Virus record (IMG/VR): IMGVR_UViG_3300035562_000069
Location: 5,781 to 69,780 of that record
DNA: 64,000 nucleotides
DNA from: a virus
Reading direction: 5' to 3' (one strand)
The notes under the pieces: model-generated
Database searches by the model: none
Told to the model about the DNA's origin: nothing
What the model saw: only the letters and a program-made list of their open reading frames with translations
Shown: one piece after another, positions 38,857-47,283 of the stretch
Layout: the number at the start of each line of letters is the position of its first letter
How positions within the stretch are numbered: the stretch's first letter is position 1
Translations under genes and position numbers: made by a program

Positions 38857-39518
38857 GCGACACTCCTATCAGCCAGGCGCTCAGCTTCACTGCGGATCTG
38901 CGCCAAGAATGATTCGCCATGAGCCATCAACTGATCACGACTGACATAACTCTGAGCTGGACCGCGCCAAGTTTTATCAAACACCGCGATAGCTGCGCCA
39001 AAGCCGGCACTGCTGGCCTCTTGTTTTGCATCTGCCGGCCGATACCACAACGGCACATCAAAACCGATACGGCCACGAATGAACGCGACATGATCTGCAT
39101 CCTCTGGCCACCAGACTTCCGCTGTCGCTGATTTGATGAGAAACACATAACGCCCACCGAGATCCCGCATCGTCATGGTTTGGCGCATGATGTGCCGCAT
39201 GCCGGTGATATATTCACCTTCATACTGCTTCGCCGTGCTGTACGGCGGGTTACCAAAAGCCGCGCCATTCAGCTCTTTGACTCGGACAGACCAGTCCTGA
39301 ATCAGTGCATTATCTTCGGCTGTATAGAACGCCGCGCACTTGCTGTTTTCGCCGTCGCTGAACAGATCGAGAACAAAGGGACCAAACATCGCATTTATGC
39401 CCCAAAATAGCTTATCCGGCGTACGCCATTGGTCACCGATTTCTTTCAGCTCGTGAGCTGGAGCCTGTCTCAGCGCGGTTAGGGACCGAACGTAAGAGGA
39501 ATTTGAGAAGTCGATCAT
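38853..39518 (-). CDS. Phage N6-adenine DNA methyltransferase (phage Dam family)
   Basis: DQWRTP...FVLDLF...NPPYS catalytic motif. Confidence 0.9.
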   Translation of the reverse strand: MIDFSNSSYVRSLTALRQAPAHELKEIGDQWRTPDKLFWGINAMFGPFVLDLFSDGENSKCAAFYTAEDNALIQDWSVRVKELNGAAFGNPPYSTAKQYEGEYITGMRHIMRQTMTMRDLGGRYVFLIKSATAEVWWPEDADHVAFIRGRIGFDVPLWYRPADAKQEASSAGFGAAIAVFDKTWRGPAQSYVSRDQLMAHGESFLAQIRSEAERLADRSVA

Positions 39519-39862
39519 AGCTGGACCACCTTGTGCGAAGGTACCAGTCGATAGAACCAGGTAGTTTTTCCCGATTCGTCGTTGCGGACTTTGCTTACCT
39601 GCTTCACCAGGCCATGCAAGATCGGAGAGATTTCACGTAGACGCGCGCTAATCGCCGTCTGAGTATCCCCCTCATCGGGGAACATCTGCGCCAGCAGGTT
39701 TTCCAGATCGCGCAGTGAATGCCAATCAGCACCGCTGGCTGCCGTGATAACCCGGTTCATTTGAGTATTTGCTTCATCGAATCGGCCCGCCTTACGCAAC
39801 TTGCGGATCCCCTCGTTGATGCAGCTACGCTCTTTTTCGGAGGCTTGAGGTTTCTGCATCAT
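39515..39862 (-). CDS. Hypothetical winged-helix-like protein (115 aa)
   Basis: WHSLRDLE...TAISARLRE; ATGA-coupled. Confidence 0.6.
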   Translation of the reverse strand: MMQKPQASEKERSCINEGIRKLRKAGRFDEANTQMNRVITAASGADWHSLRDLENLLAQMFPDEGDTQTAISARLREISPILHGLVKQVSKVRNDESGKTTWFYRLVPSHKVVQL

Positions 39863-41001
39863 TGCTCGGCCCCTGTACTCAGCACTGTCCGCGTGCCATC
39901 GACACCGGGCGCAGACAGCACACCACCGGCCTCCATCTGCTCTATCAGCCGCGCAGCGCGGTTATAGCCGATTCGGAATTGACGCTGCAGGCCTGAAATC
40001 GAAGCGTGGCCTTTAGCCTGCACAAACTGCACAGCTTCGGGATAACGCTCGTCATTCAGCGACTCATCATCCTCATCAGCCGTTGAGCCACTGCTATTGG
40101 CCGAATGGCTCGCTTCCCCGCCGAGAGCTGCAACCAGGTTGGCAATCAATGCCGACAGCTCGCCGGTCAGCAGAATAAAGTCCGCGTCAAAACGTTGGGC
40201 GTAATCTTCCCGATCGATATCGTCGTTCTGCTCCAGCAGCACATCGCTAAATTTCAGTTTCTTCAGCGTGCCGTCATCGCTCAAGACGAAATCGATCCGA
40301 TCCTGCCAGCTCAGCGCCAACTTAGTGACCAACTTACCCGCCTGCAGGTTTGACGCGATTTCATCTCCGACCAGATCCTGCTTCTTGCAACGGATAATCC
40401 CGCCCTCTTCCAGCACGGCTTTCAGCTCGGCCTCATCCTGCAGTGTGAAGCCCGCCGGCGGCTGGCCGGAGCGCACCCACTCGGTCACTGTTAGCTCGAT
40501 CGGGTTTGCCATGGTCAGCGGCACTACCGGCAAAGAACCCAGGCTCTTGCGCAACAGCGCCAGCGCATCTTCGGCCCGTTTAGCACTGGCAGCGTCAACG
40601 ACGATTAACCCAGCCCCTTCGTTAATCCAGATCTGTGTTTTATGGTGTTTGCTGAAAGCGCGCGGCAACAGGCTATGCAGCACTTCGTCTTTGAGCGCGT
40701 CATTCTCTGATTTCTTCAGTTTCCGATGCTGTTCGGCTTCAAGTTTGGCGACTTTCTCGTTCAGCTCGGTTTGTATAACTTCACGCGGGAGCAGTTTCTC
40801 TTCGCGCTGTACCACCAGCAGATGCTGGCCGTTGGCGGTGTGCACGAGTGCATCGCCAATCGGTGCCACCCATCCGGTTTTTGCCATGTCCTGGCTACCG
40901 CATGGCGTGAACGCAAATGCAGCCAGTTGCTCTTCCATCCCGCTCAGATCCACACCTCGGGACAAGCGGTAAATCATTGCGTTTTTGATGCTAATGGTCA
41001 T
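39859..41001 (-). CDS. rdgC: RdgC fused to a C-terminal FtsK gamma domain
   Basis: RdgC motifs [27 protein letters not shown]; C-terminal [25 protein letters not shown]. Confidence 0.9.
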   Translation of the reverse strand: MTISIKNAMIYRLSRGVDLSGMEEQLAAFAFTPCGSQDMAKTGWVAPIGDALVHTANGQHLLVVQREEKLLPREVIQTELNEKVAKLEAEQHRKLKKSENDALKDEVLHSLLPRAFSKHHKTQIWINEGAGLIVVDAASAKRAEDALALLRKSLGSLPVVPLTMANPIELTVTEWVRSGQPPAGFTLQDEAELKAVLEEGGIIRCKKQDLVGDEIASNLQAGKLVTKLALSWQDRIDFVLSDDGTLKKLKFSDVLLEQNDDIDREDYAQRFDADFILLTGELSALIANLVAALGGEASHSANSSGSTADEDDESLNDERYPEAVQFVQAKGHASISGLQRQFRIGYNRAARLIEQMEAGGVLSAPGVDGTRTVLSTGAEQ

Positions 41002-41012
41002 TGGTCAGTCCT
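40996..41012 (-). repeat. 17-nt start-site repeat (rdgC)
   Basis: Exact copy. Confidence 0.9.
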
Positions 41013-41760
41013 TACTTGTTTTTGCTAGGGCCACCTTCAGCCGGATTGACTGAAGTAGTGCCGCGCCTTTTTTCTCTGTTTCGAGGGTGGTCAATCCCCG
41101 TTCTTTTCCAACACCTATCGGTATTTCGGTGTGCCCCAGCCTGATTACTGGCTCTGGTATTCGCTCCCCCTCCTGTAGTCTTTTTTCCCATTGCCTGAGC
41201 AGCTTCTCTGCCACCTTTCGCAGCTCTGCGACGCCGTGGTTGTACTGCAGCATGGCTTTGCGCATATCGGTGACAATCCAGTACAGGATCGGCGCTTTCC
41301 ATCGGAATTCTTCAGGGCTAGCGAATTCACTCCGCCTGGCGCTGTACCGGTCAAACTCCTCCATCACGATATCCACCGTCGGCAGCCTAGCGTCGATCAG
41401 CTCTTTTGCCATGGCCAGCCAGTCTGGTGGCGCAGGGAACGGATAAAACTTGCGTCCCGGCGCCGCCCTGATCGCATAGTTCAGTTGTTCCGGGTTAATT
41501 GCCTCCTGCAGAAGAACCCGCGTCAGCTCCGAACCAAACGCCTCCATGAGCCCCGTCGTGTTCATTCGGCTGACCCATGCTGGCCAGTGGATCGGATACA
41601 TGGGCAAAATCACCGTCAAGACAATCCCCTGTATCGCTTCCCGTTCCGCCGCCGTAGCCGTATTTTTCTTGTACGGTCTGCATTGCGGCAAGTCCCTGCT
41701 GGAAGCGATCCGTTGCATTGCCGCCGCTGTTACCCGCTTCGGCCCGTTGCGGTCGCTCAT
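41005..41760 (-). CDS. Replication protein P-like helicase loader
   Basis: FPAPPDWLAM, FRWKAPILYWIV, WEKRLQEGERIPEP motifs; follows O-like gene. Confidence 0.75.
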   Translation of the reverse strand: MSDRNGPKRVTAAAMQRIASSRDLPQCRPYKKNTATAAEREAIQGIVLTVILPMYPIHWPAWVSRMNTTGLMEAFGSELTRVLLQEAINPEQLNYAIRAAPGRKFYPFPAPPDWLAMAKELIDARLPTVDIVMEEFDRYSARRSEFASPEEFRWKAPILYWIVTDMRKAMLQYNHGVAELRKVAEKLLRQWEKRLQEGERIPEPVIRLGHTEIPIGVGKERGLTTLETEKKGAALLQSIRLKVALAKTSKD

Positions 41761-42547
41761 AGCGCTGTCCTCGCAATTGCTCGTGTTTTAGTGAGCTGAT
41801 AAATTTTTGCTGCCACTGGGAGTGGTAATAAACCCGGCCTGTCGGCTTCCAGAAGATCCGGAACTCGTTCAGTAGCTCTGGAGTGAATTCCGCTGCGGTC
41901 AAACCGGACAGGTGCGCGATTTGCGCAAAGTCGGCACCAGGCTCCCAGTCGAACGACATCGGGAACATACCGAATTGAGGTGCAGGTTGTGGTGCCGGTG
42001 GGCGGTTATTCAAAATGGCATTCAGATGTGGGTTTAGCGGTGGTTCATCACCGGTTGAATTTTGAGTTTCCCCCAAGAGAGAGAGATCAGTATTTACTAC
42101 AGATCCGTCTTTACTAATGCCCTGAATTTCAGGATACGGATTTTCAGGATTCGGTGGTTCGTCCGTTTCCTGATTTTCAGGATTCGGAGCCAAGCCTTGC
42201 GGCGCCTGGGGCTCATCCACTTCCTGAATTTCAGGATGCGGTTGCGGCGTGTCGAAGACGAAATAGTCGAAACCGTCGGTCACTCCCTTGGCGTCGCGCA
42301 GTTGGAAACGGTGAATAAAACCGACCTGGATCAGTTCGTTCAGCAGCTTGTAAACGGCATCACGGCCACAGCCGCGAACGCCCTTCTTCTCCTGCCACAA
42401 ATGTGACGGATTGACTGACCAGCCATCAGGCTTGGACAGCAGGTAATGCAGCATTCCTTCAGCCGCCCAGCTCAGCGTTTTATTGCCGATAGCCGCATTG
42501 TCGATCATGGTGAATCCACGCTGGCGGTTGGTTCTTACAATAGCCAT
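41495..42547 (-). CDS. O-like replication initiator with N-terminal HTH and DnaT-like DNA-binding domain
   Basis: GFTMIDN...LSKPDGW; FPMSFDWEPG...EFRIFW...WQQKF; internal iterons. Confidence 0.8.
   Translation of the reverse strand: MAIVRTNRQRGFTMIDNAAIGNKTLSWAAEGMLHYLLSKPDGWSVNPSHLWQEKKGVRGCGRDAVYKLLNELIQVGFIHRFQLRDAKGVTDGFDYFVFDTPQPHPEIQEVDEPQAPQGLAPNPENQETDEPPNPENPYPEIQGISKDGSVVNTDLSLLGETQNSTGDEPPLNPHLNAILNNRPPAPQPAPQFGMFPMSFDWEPGADFAQIAHLSGLTAAEFTPELLNEFRIFWKPTGRVYYHSQWQQKFISSLKHEQLRGQRYERPQRAEAGNSGGNATDRFQQGLAAMQTVQEKYGYGGGTGSDTGDCLDGDFAHVSDPLASMGQPNEHDGAHGGVWFGADAGSSAGGN
42121..42235. repeat. Replication-origin iterons inside the O-like gene
   Basis: CCTGA(A/T)TTTCAGG inverted repeats at 42121, 42169 and 42223 plus a half copy at ~42139. 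Confidence 0.75.
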
Positions 42548-42729
42548 TACTCAGACCTCGAAGCAGAGGCCCCATGTTTGTCACTCTCCCGTGAGTAGTA
42601 CGCCTGCGTTACCCCTGACAGAGTCCCTGTGATAGCCAAACGCCGGGCTTCATGCCCAGCGATACCCAGCTTCTTACCAATGAGGCTGGATATCAGTTCT
42701 ACGGATTGGGTGGTCGATTGCTGGCTCAT
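42547..42729 (-). CDS. Hypothetical 60-aa protein
   Basis: ATGA overlap with upstream gene and TAATG overlap with O-like gene. Confidence 0.6.
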   Translation of the reverse strand: MSQQSTTQSVELISSLIGKKLGIAGHEARRLAITGTLSGVTQAYYSRESDKHGASASRSE

Positions 42730-43088
42730 AGTGGCAGCTCCTTTGTTGATGGAAGTGGCGGAAGCCATTCGGGAACCGGCAGGCCGGCGGCCTTCAGTTC
42801 GTTGTGGACGTGAACCAACATCTCGGGAGCTTCGGCGAACATAGCCAGGAAGCCCCGGATCGCGGCAACGTTGGTTTCAACTGCGGGGTTGGACGCCATA
42901 GCATCAGCGGCGCTTTTGATCGTCACTGCTTCACTCTCAGTCCACCGCGTTTTGATCTGGTCTTCTCGTACTGCAGCGAATGGCAGGCCGTTTTTGCCTA
43001 CCTTCTTGCGGGATAACAACTCCCGACGGACGCCAGAGGCTATCGCAGCCCCTGCCGTTCCGTCGCCTGGCCGGTAAATTGTGGTCAT
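42726..43088 (-). CDS. Hypothetical regulator at the cII position
   Basis: Directly after cro; starts within the 17-nt repeat. Confidence 0.55.
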   Translation of the reverse strand: MTTIYRPGDGTAGAAIASGVRRELLSRKKVGKNGLPFAAVREDQIKTRWTESEAVTIKSAADAMASNPAVETNVAAIRGFLAMFAEAPEMLVHVHNELKAAGLPVPEWLPPLPSTKELPL

Positions 43089-43099
43089 TGGTCAGTCCT
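43083..43099 (-). repeat. 17-nt start-site repeat (cII-position gene)
   Basis: Exact copy. Confidence 0.9.
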
Positions 43100-43108
43100 T
43101 ATGTGGTG

Positions 43109-43351
43109 CTAACAGGCTGGTTTGGTCAGAACCAGGCTTAAATTTTCAGGGTTGCGGCCATAATCCGCTGGGTTGTAGGTGTATGGGATTTTGGGTGATA
43201 AGTGGCAAAGCAAAGCGATGTCCTCGGGCACACCTTGAGCTCTCCATTTACCTACCGCTTGCCCAGTTCTTGCCTTGCCTTTTGATGGGAAAAGACGCCC
43301 AATTTCTGCGTTACTCCCAATTTGCTCTTTCAGGATTTCGTAAAGTCTCAT
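43109..43351 (-). CDS. cro: Cro-like repressor
   Basis: Divergent from cI; HTH SNAEIGRLF...TGQAVGKW; GGAGGT RBS before ATG 43351. Confidence 0.75.
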   Translation of the reverse strand: MRLYEILKEQIGSNAEIGRLFPSKGKARTGQAVGKWRAQGVPEDIALLCHLSPKIPYTYNPADYGRNPENLSLVLTKPAC

Positions 43352-43367
43352 TGTTACCTCCGATGTA

Positions 43368-43443
43368 AGCGTAACTAAAGTGTCGAAACCAATCAATAGC
43401 ACAACGAAAACAAAGTTTCCAAGCTTAGTGTTACTTTGGTGTC
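43368..43443. promoter_or_regulatory. pR promoter and three 14-bp operators (OR)
   Basis: pR (minus strand) TTGATT-17-TACGCT; operators at 43371-43384, 43406-43419 and 43430-43443, consensus GWMAC-YAAA-GTNWC. Confidence 0.75.
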
Positions 43444-43466
43444 CGATTTCAGGTTTGGAGTAAAAG

Positions 43467-44108
43467 ATGACCAGTAGCCTTGGTGAGCGAGTCAGTAAAC
43501 GGCGAGCTGATTTGGAAATGTCTCAAGAAGAATTAGCCAAGAAAGCTGGCGTATCACGCGTTGCGATAAGCAAGGCTGAACTCGGCCTAACCAAAAATTT
43601 CAATGGCGATACCCTTTTCAACGTTGCTCGGGCGTTGCGATGCGATCCGGAGTGGCTTCAAACTGGTAAGGGCAATATTGAGGGACGTACCTCTAATATT
43701 GACCCTGAACCTCAATACACGCCCTATAGTCTCCCAGTTTTAAATTGGCAGTCAGTATTGGAGCAGATTGAGGGGGGCAATAAAAAAGCCGAACAATGCC
43801 TGGAAACAACCTTGAACGTAGGTAAAGATGCATTTTGGCTGAAAGTAGAAACCGATGCCATGACATCCCCTATCGGACTAACAATTCCTGAAGGAATGAT
43901 GATACTCGTTAATCCTACTGACAATTTAACTTCTGGTAATTTAGTTATATTTAAGAAATCCGGGACTCGCGAAATATTTTTCAGGAAGTATGTTGAAGAG
44001 GCTGGCGATCGTTACCTCAGACCACTAAACCAAAACTACTCAATGATTAAAATAGATGGGCAGTACATGCCTGTTGGGGTGGTTGTTGATGCGAAATGGA
44101 TTCTGTGA
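43467..44108 (+). CDS. cI: CI-like repressor (HTH plus S24 fold) with inactivated autoprotease
   Basis: HTH MSQEELAKKAGVSRVAISKAE; AFWLKVETDAM (Ser to Ala), IFFRKY (Lys to Arg), no Ala-Gly site. Confidence 0.9.
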   Translation: MTSSLGERVSKRRADLEMSQEELAKKAGVSRVAISKAELGLTKNFNGDTLFNVARALRCDPEWLQTGKGNIEGRTSNIDPEPQYTPYSLPVLNWQSVLEQIEGGNKKAEQCLETTLNVGKDAFWLKVETDAMTSPIGLTIPEGMMILVNPTDNLTSGNLVIFKKSGTREIFFRKYVEEAGDRYLRPLNQNYSMIKIDGQYMPVGVVVDAKWIL

Positions 44109-44119
44109 GAGGGCAATAA

Positions 44120-44710
44120 ATGTATTGCATGAAGTGTAAAACGATTCTTAATGTTGATGATAACTTCTGCCGTTCTTGCGGGACGCCTGTCAGCAATTTA
44201 GCAAAGGACTCAACAGATGAACCTTGGCAGCAAGCTGCGTTGCCAAAAAACAACAACGGCAATCACAAGAAACCCACATTTTTAAAAAAATGGTGGTTTA
44301 TAGTTTTAGTTTGTTTCGCATTCTTTATTTTCTCTATGTTCAGAAAAGATTTGGTTAATATACAAATCAAAGAAAACCTACAATCAAATAGCGATCCTTG
44401 GGTAGCAGCAACAAAAGAATATGAATCGATAAAAAAGCAGCAAAAACTTCCATTGCAAACCGATAAATACACCATATTTAAAGATATGTTTATCAAAGGT
44501 CATGAAATTAACTATGTGTACTCTGTTAGTAACCTGGCTTTGAGTCATGAACTTAAAGATGCGTTTGCCAAAGATACACTAAGTGGGTTTAAGAAAGGCT
44601 CGTGCCAAGACCCCCTGATTGTTCAACATGGTGGGAAGATGGTTATTACATACCAATTCCTAACTGGCGACTTGGTTTACAGTTACGATAAAAGCAACTG
44701 CCTCAAATAG
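44120..44710 (+). CDS. Zn-ribbon, single-TM membrane protein co-transcribed with cI
   Basis: CMKC...CRSC, TM KWWFIVLVCFAFFIFSMF, soluble C-terminal domain; 11 nt after cI stop. Confidence 0.75.
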   Translation: MYCMKCKTILNVDDNFCRSCGTPVSNLAKDSTDEPWQQAALPKNNNGNHKKPTFLKKWWFIVLVCFAFFIFSMFRKDLVNIQIKENLQSNSDPWVAATKEYESIKKQQKLPLQTDKYTIFKDMFIKGHEINYVYSVSNLALSHELKDAFAKDTLSGFKKGSCQDPLIVQHGGKMVITYQFLTGDLVYSYDKSNCLK

Positions 44711-44731
44711 TTACCCTACCGTAAAGAACAG

Positions 44732-44753
44732 AAGCCGGTAAAGCCGGCTTTTT
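44732..44753 (+). terminator. Terminator of the cI operon
   Basis: AGCCGG/CCGGCT stem plus T-run. Confidence 0.65.
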
Positions 44754-44766
44754 CATGACCCATTCC

Positions 44767-44818
44767 GAAACTAAAGTATCAAAAATAACTTGACCGCACC
44801 CGAAACCAAAGTTACATT
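44767..44818 (+). promoter_or_regulatory. pL promoter with two 14-bp operators (OL)
   Basis: TTGACC-17-TACATT; GAAACTAAAGTATC (44767-44780) and GAAACCAAAGTTAC (44802-44815) match the OR consensus. Confidence 0.8.
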
Positions 44819-44839
44819 GAAGCCATCCCAACCGGGATT

Positions 44840-44851
44840 GCTCTTTAACAA
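44840..44851 (+). promoter_or_regulatory. boxA (nutL-like)
   Basis: GCTCTTTAACAA just downstream of pL. Confidence 0.75.
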
Positions 44852-45001
44852 ACAGGTAGCGACAGTAACACAGGGTATCCAGCACCCGTCGCGGCGCAAC
44901 TCAGTCGGATGAAACCCACTGATCGCTAAGCCTGTAGTGTTTTTACCCTGCCGCTGCCATTTCGGGGCGGCAGGACTAAGGCCACTGAATGAGAAAATCA
45001 A

Positions 45002-45193
45002 ATGAAAGATGAGCGACCAAAACCAACAGAAGACGAAGTGCAACAGTTGAAGACACTGCTGGAAAAGCATCCTACGTTTGTCTTCCAGCAGTTAAATAAG
45101 TGGATGAATCAAGATGGCTTGATGCTTCGCATAGTCGAACTGCCTAGCGAAAATGCGATCAGCGGAACTTCTGGTACATCACGCCTGATCTAA
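45002..45193 (+). CDS. Hypothetical 63-aa early protein
   Basis: First ORF after pL leader. Confidence 0.5.
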   Translation: MKDERPKPTEDEVQQLKTLLEKHPTFVFQQLNKWMNQDGLMLRIVELPSENAISGTSGTSRLI

Positions 45194-45266
45194 ATTCCAG
45201 TATCTACTAACGGCTTCCGCGCCGGTGGTCAGCACCGGCCTCCGCAGCAACAATTTGGAGAAAACT

Positions 45267-45452
45267 ATGGAATTACCTGAGTTACCTCTAGATGTACAAA
45301 TCATAGCTGCACAGGCGCTATGTCGTTATTTATGTGAGTCAGAAGAGCCAGCTGAAAGGCTGGCTCTAAGGGTTAAAACTGCGTTTATGACTCTTTATTG
45401 TCAGAATTCACACGAGTGTATTCCGCACGAAAATGATCAAGAAGCTGGGTGA
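45267..45452 (+). CDS. Hypothetical 61-aa early protein
   Basis: GGAG RBS before ATG 45267. Confidence 0.5.
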   Translation: MELPELPLDVQIIAAQALCRYLCESEEPAERLALRVKTAFMTLYCQNSHECIPHENDQEAG

Positions 45453-45564
45453 ACTCTAGATTAAACATTGTTGCGTTTGAAATCTTTCCGGCTTTGACTA
45501 ATTCCAGGGCTGCTTGATATGCAGCCGAGCTAGGTGCACGCAGGGGGTTGATAATATCAGACAT
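45385..45564 (-). CDS. Hypothetical 59-aa protein, antisense to the pL operon
   Basis: GAGG RBS before MSDIINPLRAPSSAAYQAALELVKAG. Confidence 0.55.
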   Translation of the reverse strand: MSDIINPLRAPSSAAYQAALELVKAGKISNATMFNLEFTQLLDHFRAEYTRVNSDNKES

Positions 45565-45690
45565 TTTTACCTCTTCTTGGTTGTGTGGAAACACCAAGAT
45601 ACCACCTCGCCTGATGTGGAAAAAAGCAGGTAACCTAATCATTCAAAAAGCATTAATCACCAAAATGTACATGCCCCAAAGTACTATCCG

Positions 45691-45707
45691 AGGACTGACC
45701 AATGACC
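45691..45707 (+). repeat. 17-nt start-site repeat (N-like gene)
   Basis: Exact copy. Confidence 0.9.
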
Positions 45708-45965
45708 ATGATTACAGCAAAAGCAAAATCAGCAAAAATCCGCCGCGCTCGTGAATTGCAAGAGCGGATTCAGCGCAGCAGTGACTGCATCGAAAAAACC
45801 ACGTTGGTGATCACTCGCTGTAAAACGATGCCGGATATGCCAGCGCCATCAAAGCCGCGCAAGCGCCGCACGGTTGAGAGCGAGCTTCTCGCACCGGGAC
45901 GAATCAGCGCTGCAGGCCGACAGAAAATGCGCGGTTGTAGCCGGATCCCCCGCGGCGTCATCTAA
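45702..45965 (+). CDS. N-like early antiterminator
   Basis: Arg-rich N-terminus AKSAKIRRARE, C-terminal AAGRQKMRG; boxA upstream; terminator at 45985-46014. Confidence 0.6.
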   Translation: MTMITAKAKSAKIRRARELQERIQRSSDCIEKTTLVITRCKTMPDMPAPSKPRKRRTVESELLAPGRISAAGRQKMRGCSRIPRGVI

Positions 45966-46036
45966 GCCCTTCCCTAACACAAAGAGCCGTAGCTAACGCT
46001 GCGGCTTTTTTTTTCGCCAAGATTCCGAACCTATGC

Positions 46037-46363
46037 CTATTTATTAGGCCCAGTAGGAGCAAGACTAAACTGCAAATGGTAAACGACGCCTTTGAAGTGA
46101 AACTCCACTTTAAATTGCGACGTAGGTTTGAATGGATCCGGAGAACCTTCGGCAACACAAGTTGAACGCCACTTGATATGCTCATTACCCTCACCCAGCC
46201 CTTTGGACTCCCACCACTCTCTCCAGCATTGATCAGCTGGTTGGTCTGTACCGATTTCCGTCACATACCAATGATTTTTTTTGGCTTGTTTGCCTTCTGC
46301 ATCAGACCCGTACATCCGGGAAGTCTTTCTTTTATTGACTAGAACAGTCATAGATTTTTCCAC
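46037..46363 (-). CDS. Hypothetical AT-rich antisense moron (Trp-rich)
   Basis: Opposite strand within pL operon. Confidence 0.55.
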   Translation of the reverse strand: MEKSMTVLVNKRKTSRMYGSDAEGKQAKKNHWYVTEIGTDQPADQCWREWWESKGLGEGNEHIKWRSTCVAEGSPDPFKPTSQFKVEFHFKGVVYHLQFSLAPTGPNK

Positions 46364-46601
46364 ACTATTTTTGATGACTTCTTATAGCACCGAGCTCCAA
46401 CAGCATCAATTCGATTTAAGTCATTAAACGAAGGCACATTCACTCGCATGTGGCTTGGCGTGCCTTCGGGGCGTCCACGCGACAACAGGCCACAGCCGAA
46501 TGAATGAATTGCTGTGTGTAGTCACCTTGCCCCGCTTGTCGGGGCTTTTTTTTGCCCCTACATCAGCCCACCAGCTTTTTCATCAACCAAAGGAAAACAT
46601 C

Positions 46602-46862
46602 ATGACCCCAATCAACATGACCCCCGTCGAATCCTCCCAGATTGACAGCATTGGCCACGACTCGGCCACCAACACGCTGGCCATCCGCTTCAAGTCAAAA
46701 GGCGCGCCATCGTCGCTGTATCATTACAGCAATGTGACACCGGAGGATTTTGCCGCGTTTAGCGGTGCCGAATCCGTCGGTTCCCACTTCTACAAGCACA
46801 TCAAAGCAGATACCGAGCGCTTCCCGTTCCAGCGAATCAATGAAAAGAAGGGTGACGAATAA
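46602..46862 (+). CDS. KTSC-domain protein
   Basis: PVESSQIDSIGHD...LAIRF...YHYSNV...SVGSHF. Confidence 0.85.
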   Translation: MTPINMTPVESSQIDSIGHDSATNTLAIRFKSKGAPSSLYHYSNVTPEDFAAFSGAESVGSHFYKHIKADTERFPFQRINEKKGDE

Positions 46863-46929
46863 CAGCGTGCTTTCACCATGCGCCAGGCTGCTGGCGCATG
46901 GGCAAGTTCACTGATACCGGAGGCAAGCA

Positions 46930-47283
46930 ATGCACGACTACAACTATCAGCGGATGGTTGAGGAGGCGCTGGAGCAGTACGACCGCAAGTTAGCGGCGGA
47001 TCCTGATGAAAAAGCGCTGCTCGATGAGCGCATTGAAGACATGCGTAAAAGTTTGCGGGTATCGGTGTTCCAAAAACTGATTGCGGATCGCTGCTACATC
47101 GCAGGGTTAGACAAGCGCCCTCTTGTCGCACTAACGGAGTCACCTGACATGGAGGAATACCTTTACTCGGTACAAACCGAAATCCTCACCCGGGTGGCAA
47201 AATCTGAGCGCGCGATGAAAATTAATTTAGTACGCGAACCAACACACTATAACTTTCCTGATGAAATAGAGTTCAGGTTTTAA
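46930..47283 (+). CDS. Hypothetical 117-aa early protein
   Basis: GGAGG RBS; helical acidic protein. Confidence 0.6.
   Translation: MHDYNYQRMVEEALEQYDRKLAADPDEKALLDERIEDMRKSLRVSVFQKLIADRCYIAGLDKRPLVALTESPDMEEYLYSVQTEILTRVAKSERAMKINLVREPTHYNFPDEIEFRF

Noticed and set aside
43089-43108. nutR site after cro
   Set aside because: No boxA or boxB recognisable on the minus strand; only the 17-nt repeat is present
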